Shown here: positions 56,030-64,000 of the stretch, in pieces
Layout of the letters: each line of letters opens with the position of its first letter
How positions within the stretch are numbered: position 1 is the stretch's first letter
Assembly (NCBI GenBank): GCA_951406725.2
Contig: OX597836.1
Span: 372,001-436,000, forward strand
DNA length: 64,000 nucleotides
Reading direction: 5' to 3'
Origin: Octopus vulgaris
Taxonomy: Eukaryota
Notes under the pieces: model-generated
Database searches by the model: none
The model's input: the letters and a program-made list of their open reading frames with translations, nothing else
Told to the model about the DNA's origin: nothing
Program-made: the position numbers and the translations under genes

Positions 56030-56340
56030 GTTGGTCACTTTATCGAATGCTGAACATTTTGCTTCTCTGGGTATGGATTAACTAAAGTTAATAGGATCCC
56101 ACAAGATTATTCACCATCTTTCCAAAGATAACTTTGGCCAACTTTTGAAATCAATTCTTCATTTCAACTCGTGGACATGCTTATAAAATTAAATGAAAAT
56201 AAAACAGTAGAGAAACCCATGATTTTCAGAGACATTCTTTCATGTTCAGAATTGTCGAAGTATGAAATAAACTCCCCGTGTCAGCTGTTATATGTCAGGG
56301 CTCATCACCTTCAAATATTTCATGCTTCCTGAAATTCTCA
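56030..56340 (+). mobile_element. Degenerate CR1-like LINE 3' fragment
   Basis: RGHAYKI...RHSFMFRIVEV*NKLP resembles the CR1 C-terminal RGH..KL / FF..RV...WN.LP motif. Confidence 0.55.
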
Positions 56341-57815
56341 CGACCCCTAACGTGCCTATGAACTCTAAGCTCCCTTTTATGGCTTGTTTGCTGTCCCTTT
56401 GTCTAACTCTTCGTGTTGTATTCAATGTACTGTGTACGTCTAGCTTTTCATTGCAGTCTTTCTTCACTTGATTTGTGGCTGCTTTCTGTCTCCACAATTT
56501 CAACCTTTTGGTGAGCTGCAGAGAACCTGAATGTTGCACGCAATAATCACATTTTTTGTTATTGTCGTTAAAAAGATGTATCCAACAATAAGACACGAGT
56601 GCATGCTTAAGAACTTGATTTGCAACCACGTGGTCCCTGTTTCGATCCCACTGATCGATTATTGAACGGGAGAAAAAGTACTCAATACTGAAGGAGTAAT
56701 TTACACGGACTGCACCAGTCGTCTTTTGCTGTGGAACAGCCAAAATATATTGCTTCCCCATCCCCTACATACGTATCCGAAAATCTCCCTAGGAGTGGAG
56801 TAAGAATAATGTAAGCATATTCTTTCTGATTTTAAAATTTATTTAAGTTCTTCGATTTATACTTTTCTGTTTAATATACATACATATGTACATAGGCGTC
56901 GGTGTGTGGTAAGAAGCTTACTTCCGGTTTGACGACGTCGTTCGTGGTTTTTTCTGTGCGCTGTGAGTTAGCGTTTTTATTGTTGAAATTCTGTTATTTG
57001 TTGTAAATTATTGTTAAAGACTGCTATTTTATAACTGTTGTCTGTTTGCAGGCTTTGTTGAAATGTTTTCTTTGTCGATATACCGGGAAATAGTAAAATT
57101 TCTGTGGCCATTTTTAACTGAGTACATTTTTATAATTTAGCTTTTGTAGACATTGTTGAACTGCGCCCCTTCCCAAACGGGGGTGGGATTTGAACTGTTG
57201 TTCCTCCTGCGAGGAAGTAATTTTTGAACGTAAAAAAAGAAAGAAACCTATAATTTTTTTCTTCTGGACCCCCCCCCCCTATTTTTCAGCGGCTTCACTG
57301 AGCTGCGCCATTTCCCCTGACTGGGGTGGGATTTGAACTTATATCGATTACAAAAGAAAAAAATTGGAACTGTTAGTTTTTCCGTATGTTTTCTACTAAT
57401 TTATCTCGACTGAAATGTCGGTGGAGACAATCAGGGGAAAATGCTCTCTCGAAGAGAGGGATGCTTTGGAAGCTAACCAAGCCCCAAACCAAGTTACCAA
57501 AGGCTTTGCGGCAGTCGCCACTGTACAAACGGAAAGTCTGGAGATCCCACTGGGAGACCTCCAGGAGATGTTCAAAAGATTGACGATGGAGGAGAGCGAT
57601 GTAAAAACATGGCCTCCCCGTTTTGCTCTGAAGGAAAAAAAGATGATACATATGGACCAGAATGAAACTGGAAAGTGTCTGGCACCAATATGGAATGACA
57701 TTATTTACGTAACAAGATGAAGGAAATTTGGCACAATAGAAGCCTGGTTTAGGACGATAGAGAAGGCCCGCGAGCACGCTGGCTGCCCGTTGAAGACAAA
57801 GGAAGTGGTGCTTCT

Positions 57816-60800
57816 GTTGTTGTTGTTGTTGGTCACTTCAAGCGCTTGAGGATAATTCTTAGAAGCGCTAGAGCCGCGGAAGGGAGACGAATCATCTCAT
57901 CCATTGTAGCCCCTACTTGGCGGATATAGCGTTTCACCATCAGGGCCGGACATCTCAGCCAGAGATGTCCTGCAGATTCCACCTCCTCGTTACAGAGTCT
58001 GCATTGATCTGTGTCGCTGCGTCCTGCCATCTTTTGCCACCGCCTGAGTGCCGGATGATGACCACCACTACGGAAGCCGTATCATGTCTGTTTCGGCTCT
58101 TTCATCTGGCTTCTTTGTGGATACTTCCTTCAGACGGGGGTTTTGAATTGGCGTTGGCTGGAACGTTCGACGAATAACCACCTGACGAATGGCTGTATCG
58201 ATAGCGGCATCCGGTTGTGGCAGCACCGAGCCACGTTTCGCCTGCATATCTATTTCTTTACTACCCACAAGGGGCTAAACACAGAGAGGACAAACAAGGT
58301 CAGACAAACGGATTAAGTCGATTAAATTGACTCCAGTGCATAACTGGTACTTATTTAATCGACCCCGAAAGGATGAAAGGCAAAGTCGACCTCAGCGGAA
58401 TTTGAACTCAGTATGTAGCGGCAGACGAAATACTGCTAAGCATTTCGCCCGGCGTACTAACGTTTCTGCCAGCTCGCCGAGTTCATTGCCGCGGAGTTTG
58501 CAATGGCCCGGTACCCAGATCACCGTCAAAATCTTGTCAGCTGCTACAAGGGCTGCTGTTTGTTGCAATTCTCTAATTGTCGGGTCTGCGGGGAACGGGT
58601 TGCCTAGCGCTTCAACCAATGATTTGCAATCGCAGACTGTTGCTGCGGAGGCCCAGTTGTTATTGGCTTGTAGCCATCGGAGGGCTTTGTTAAATGCTGC
58701 TCTCTCGGAGCGGAATGAGATGCTGTGAGCAGCAGTCAGGGCGTGCCACTCGTGGACCACCGCATCGTGTATTAGCACCACCACACCGGCGCCGCCGTTT
58801 GTTGTGCTTTCACTAGTCGAGCCATCAGTGTAAAGGAGTATGTCAGGGGAATTGGGTAGGCTGGCAAGAGTTTGTTGAGCTGCCATCGACGGGCATCTGC
58901 TTCGTGGTGGGAGTGTAGACGGCAGTAAGGGAAGGGGGATTTTCCCATGGCGGAGGTGGACGCCGTACGTTGGAGAGGGGGGACGGGGGACAATGTTCAG
59001 TCGTGCTAAGGCTGGGAGTTGTTGACTTCTCCAGTCTGTCCGCTTGAGTCGTTTGTGGGTGTAGGTGTTGAGAACTTTATAACGTTCATCGTCTTGTGGT
59101 AGGTTTACCTATGCACCTGCTTTGAGGAGTGAGAGAGTAGAAAAGCGAGATGCAAGTGTTAGTAATTGGGCTTCTGCAAGGACCGCTTTGGTAGGAGTCG
59201 AGAGTCTAGCTGCCTCTAGTTGCCTTCTCTCAAGTTTGCCGATGTTTGTGGCTGACAACCAGAGAGTCCAGGATGGCGCTGCATATTCTGCTAGGCTGCG
59301 TTGAGTGGCAATGTAGACCTGACGGAGATCTGCCTTATGCCGAATAGGGCACGGAGCAGATTATTTCGCCCCTGCATCGTACGACAGATGTTACTGACAT
59401 GCTCGCCGAAGGTGAGTTGTCGGTCGTAGGTGACCCCTAGGAATTTAGGGTTGGGATTATGGGCTAGAGGTGCTCCGCTGATGTTGATTATCGGTTTCCA
59501 CTTTGATTCCGCGCTGTCTATGCTGAGGAAACTGGTCTCGCACTTAGAAGTGTTTAACGTTAATCTTGCACTTTGATACCACACGGCCACCTTGTCTACT
59601 TCTTTCTGTAGAGCAACCGCGGCGTCTTCTTTCTTCTTACCCCTGCATGCGATCGCCAAGTCATCTGCATAGGCGCTGACGTGGGTATTTTCATTGAACT
59701 GGTCGAGGAGACTATTGATGTAGATGGTAAAAGGTATGGGGTAGAGAAGTGCACCTTGCGGTAGGGCCTCTTTGAAGACTCGACTTCTGCCGGTTGTGGT
59801 ATTGATGCGAACTCTGGCCGTACGGTTGGTAAACCAAGTCGAGAGTCAGTCAACGAAATGTAGGGGAACGTCTAACCTCAGCATATTCTGCAGTAGTCCG
59901 GGCCTCCACACACGATCATATGCCTTGCTGAAATCGAAGAATGTAGCGGTGGTGCGAAAGCGCTGCGATGATTGGAACCCGTCTGCGATGAATTGGGACA
60001 ATCGAAGGCACTGATCTGTTGTACTGCGACCTTTCGGAAGCCAGCCTGCCAGGGACTGAAGATTGAGCTTTCTTCAAGCCACCAGGTGAGCCGGTTAGCG
60101 ATCATTTTTTCAAGAAGTTTCCCCACGGTTGAGGTTAGGTCGATTGGTCGATTACTCCCTACATCTGTCGGATCTTTCCCTTTTTTGAGGAAGGGAATGA
60201 CGGTTGCTGTTCGCCACGACTGAGGGCACCATCTCTCCATCCAACTACTGTTGAGAATGGTGAGTAGTTCGATTTTTGCCGACATGGTCATGTGTTTTAG
60301 TAGGTCGGGTGCGATCTCGTCTGAACCAGCTGCTTTATGCGGTTTGATTTGTTTCAGGGCAGCTGTCAATTCATCGAGGGTGAAGGCTTCTTCAATCTGT
60401 TGTCGTGGGCCTTTCATTTCTTGCTCTCGAGCAATCTTTCTGGTTGGTTTAGAACTCTTCCTTATGCTGATGGCGACTCTTGCACGAAAGCCGAAGTTTT
60501 CCCTCGCTCATTGGCGTTGACGGCACTTCCCGGTATTAGAGATTGGTTTACCGGAGAGGGCCTTAACTACTGTCCATGCTTGTCGGGTGTCCTTTGTGTC
60601 GGATACTTCCTCCAGGCTTCCCGCTTTGCTTCTACGACTGCGAGTGTTTGTTGAGTCCGTTTTGGCGAACTCGTCGCATGTTGAGATCGCCACAGATGAG
60701 ACCTTGTGTTGTGGGAAGGTGATCGAGCCAGCCTGGGTGACCATTAGCGTTCTGGGCAGAGTCAGATTTTTGAGGTGGCAAGTAGACGTTTGTGACGGAA

Positions 60801-60990
60801 ATTTGACGTCTTCTTGAAAGGTGGAGGACGACTTGTTGAAGTTCAAGCGGGTTTGTGGTCACTCTTGGTGGTACAGAGTACTGAATGCCGCTTCGGATGA
60901 ACATCATCAGGCCACCCCCTCAGTGGAACTTGGTGCCGCTGCCCGGGCGATCTTTGCGGAGGGTATCGTATCCAGGAATAAACCAAATAC
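57816..60990 (-). mobile_element. Decayed, 5'-truncated LINE with AP endonuclease, RT, RNase H and C-terminal CCHC (I-group/Ingi-like); (CAA)n tail
   Basis: RKDR..GGGL, NVYLPP, ICGDLN (APE); AAGSDEI, PFLKKGK, RPI.LTS, QAGFR, YADDLA, KFLGVTYD (RT); YTDGS, WVPGHC..GNE (RNase H); CRLC...HLWLRC; frameshifts and an internal deletion near 60680. Confidence 0.92.
58250..58480 (-). mobile_element. Young SINE family A copy nested in the RNase H domain of the LINE
   Basis: Interrupts GNEL|(A)DMQAKRG; well-preserved gaccccgaaaggatgaaaggcaaagtcgacctc core. Confidence 0.88.
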
Positions 60991-61687
60991 GAGAGTATAG
61001 ACCAAGCTAAAAAATAACCAGCTTTCTGAATATCATCGACACACTCTCTGATCCTCTGTATGAACAATATTATGCTGTATGTTACACAATATTTGCAATA
61101 CAAATTCACTGATGATAAATTTAAATTTTAAGGAAATTTGAATAGCGACTCTGCATTATTAAAGTCTGTAATATTTATACTGCCTTTTTATTAATGATAT
61201 ATTAATACAAATAAATTGCGCCACCCGGGGTGGATCGGCCTCCCCACCCCCTCTTGATGCCCCACTGCACCCGAGTATCATATGGACCCTGGTTGAGAAC
61301 CACCGTGGCAGACAATATTCCGTGCCGTGGGATTCCATCAACGGTGTAATGGTTGCAAGGAGGACTTCTTATCGACACACAGACAGACTATTTAACCAAA
61401 CACAAACTCTTTACTCCTTTTTATCAAACAACAAACTTCATTCAACAATTCACAACAATTATTCCACCGTTTATTCTCATTTCTTTTTTTTTTTATAGTG
61501 ATTTTTTTGTTTTCCTCGTCATCATCTACTTTCTCTCCCCTCCCCTTCCTCCTCCTTCTCATCATTTCTTCTTCTTCTTCTTCTATTGTCCAGCTTGGTC
61601 ATTCCCTCCTCTTCCCCTCTACCATCCATTCATCTATCACAATGTGTGTGTATGCCCGCGTGCATGTGTGAGTGAGCATGTGTGTGC

Positions 61688-61718
<31 letters not shown>

Positions 61719-62236
61719 TGGAGAATCAAATATCACTGTCAAGTCAGACTGCCTGTCCGTGTGTCTGTTTGTCTCTCCTCGAGGCAGCCACTATAATGGA
61801 GGGCGTGAAAAGATTTAGTAAAGAGGGAGACGGAGAGAGAGAGAGGTGGGATGGACAACTGGTTTACAGCCGTTGTGTCTTTTCAACAACCCCAGCAGCT
61901 GGTGGTAAACAGGAGGGGGTGGAGAGGGTGTTGAGATCAGAAATTGGAGGTTGTTGTTCAACCTAAAGTCATCCTTGATCGAGCTGACTTATAACCAAAG
62001 ACGTTTCAGCCGTGACCATCCCCACTTTTTTTTTTCTGCGTGCAGGCAATCCTGGATTACGTTATCCAACGTGACCTTTTTTTAATGCAGTAGGGTGTTA
62101 TTTGAGGGACAATTGGCTGCTACATCTATTAGGCTAAGATACTGTGATGAGGCCCACGAACGGGCGGAGATGTAGGAGGTGATGGTGGTGGTGGTGGTGA
62201 TGGTGATGGTAGATGTTGGATGAAGGGGAGTGGCAG

Positions 62237-62289
<53 letters not shown>

Positions 62290-63054
62290 CGTGCGTGCGT
62301 GTAAAAAGAAGCCAGCAATGAGATAACTGTAGAAATGTGACTAAAACTTCGGATCTAAATCCCAAGAACAACTAAGATACATTTTCGGGCAAACGAATAA
62401 ATTTATGTAAATAATATTTCTTCCTTCTTGGTCTTGATTCTCCGATGTTTACTGGTTATTCCAACGCGAGAACAAAAAAGCGTGTAATATGCAACACAGG
62501 CATTAAACAAAAAGTAGAATAGAACAGAGTGGTGACATTTAGTAGAGATGACCCGGAAGTTGTTCCTCTTCAGTTACTATCGCAAACAGCAGTAGCTTTC
62601 TTTAACTGAATACACGTCGTTGATTGGTTGAAATTATCCAAATACGACAACTTTAACACGAAATAACTTCTAAAAGACCAAATTTTGTCAAAAATGTTCA
62701 AAGTAAACCGTGTTCTGCGTGAGGCATTCCACCAGTATACGAAGTTTCAAACTGTTTCGTTAAAAAGAAATTTATTTAAAAATCTGTGAACCAAGTTGAA
62801 CAGACCCATTTACGTATTTGTGTATCTGTGTTTGTCCCCTACCATCGCTTGACAGCCGATGTTGGGGAGTTTACGTCTCCGTACCTTAGCGATTCGGCAA
62901 AACAGACCGATAGAATAAGTACTTGGCTTACAAAGAATTGAAACAAGTAAATGAACACACACATATATATATGTGTGTGTGTGTACGTGCGTGTACACAC
63001 ACATATGTATAATTGTTTATGTATATGTGTACGTATACGTATGTGTCTGTGTAC

Positions 63055-63092
<38 letters not shown>

Positions 63093-64000
63093 ATACAAGA
63101 CCCATTTTACCTGTCACAGCTCATACAACTGAACGTCGACTCCTTCCGCGACAGCAAAACATGATCCCTTCCCCTTGCCCACTCCTTTCTTGCCTTTCTT
63201 CCCCCTTCTTTCTTCCCTTCCCTCTTCCTCTCTTATACACTGCCTCCATCTTTTCCCTCCCTCCTTCTTTCCACAAAACAACAAAAAGCGCTCGACACCA
63301 GTTGGTGGTCCATTGTGGAGAGGCGGGAAGGAAGGAAGAACTGAAACTGAGATCTTGTTCCCTTTTCAACAATTTTCACACATCCAATTTTAGTAAACCC
63401 CACCCTCCCCGCCTCCCTCTTCTAGTCAATCCATAGTTGATATGATATACCCCCTTTCTTGATATACCCCCCTATATGCAATTGTTAAATTATCTGATTC
63501 TATTATACACCCGCAGACAAGATTTCACTCTATACACATTGGTTGTTCATTTACCTGTTATTATATACTCAGTGGGTTTGGCCGTGTATACACGGTTATT
63601 CATTCAATTATCTGATATTATACATACCGGCATCCTACTGTTTGCAGACAACAACGGGGTTGTTGGATTATTTGAATCAGCGGAAGCCATAAACGCTTCA
63701 CTCATTTTGTGGCCGAGATTTTGCTCTCAACATTTCTGGTTTTTGATGTGGAAGAAATAATTGGATGCTGATGCTGGAGAATAACCCCAGTTTATACGTT
63801 CAATATAACTTCTTACTTTCTACTAAACCCTGGGCCCTGGGGGCTGTTCCGGGGATTGAACAACAACAGCAACAGCTTCATTCTTATTGACTTAATTCCG
63901 AAGGATATTCTTTGTGGTCGCCGGATATAACAACTTCATCTTTCAGTGTCTAAATGGGAAAATCAGATATTAACGTCTGGAACATCTTCCTTCCAACTCC

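Noticed and set aside
62540-62640. Promoter-like CCGGAAGT and ATTGG motifs
   Set aside because: Short motifs with no identifiable downstream exon; may be part of an interspersed repeat.

Overview
AT-rich, repeat-dense eukaryotic genomic DNA. The SINE families, (TA)n/(CA)n/(ATT)n microsatellites and LINE types are characteristic of an Octopus (coleoid cephalopod) genome; this is inferred from repeat content. The one host gene found is a + strand ABHD3/ABHD1-like alpha/beta-hydrolase (phospholipase). Nine coding exons (12894-44423), all with GT-AG introns, splice in frame to 1080 nt (359 aa plus stop) with an intact Ser-Asp-His triad; the first coding exon was not found. Nearly all ORF-track entries are microsatellite or transposon artefacts. 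The rest of the window is mobile DNA: RTE, CR1-like, Tx1/L1-like and RNase H-bearing (I/Ingi-like) LINEs; Tc1, mariner and pogo transposons; a non-autonomous Helitron; Penelope-like remnants; and several tRNA-derived SINE families. Most notable: a twin-priming-type 5' inversion in an RTE LINE, four retroelements clustered in one (TA)n array, a variant hammerhead ribozyme inside an inverted-repeat-bounded element, SINE/LINE tail sharing and head/tail swapping, a Helitron with 23-aa STPR-like repeats, and a pogo element with an apparent 5'-UTR intron. No prokaryote-type novel system was found.
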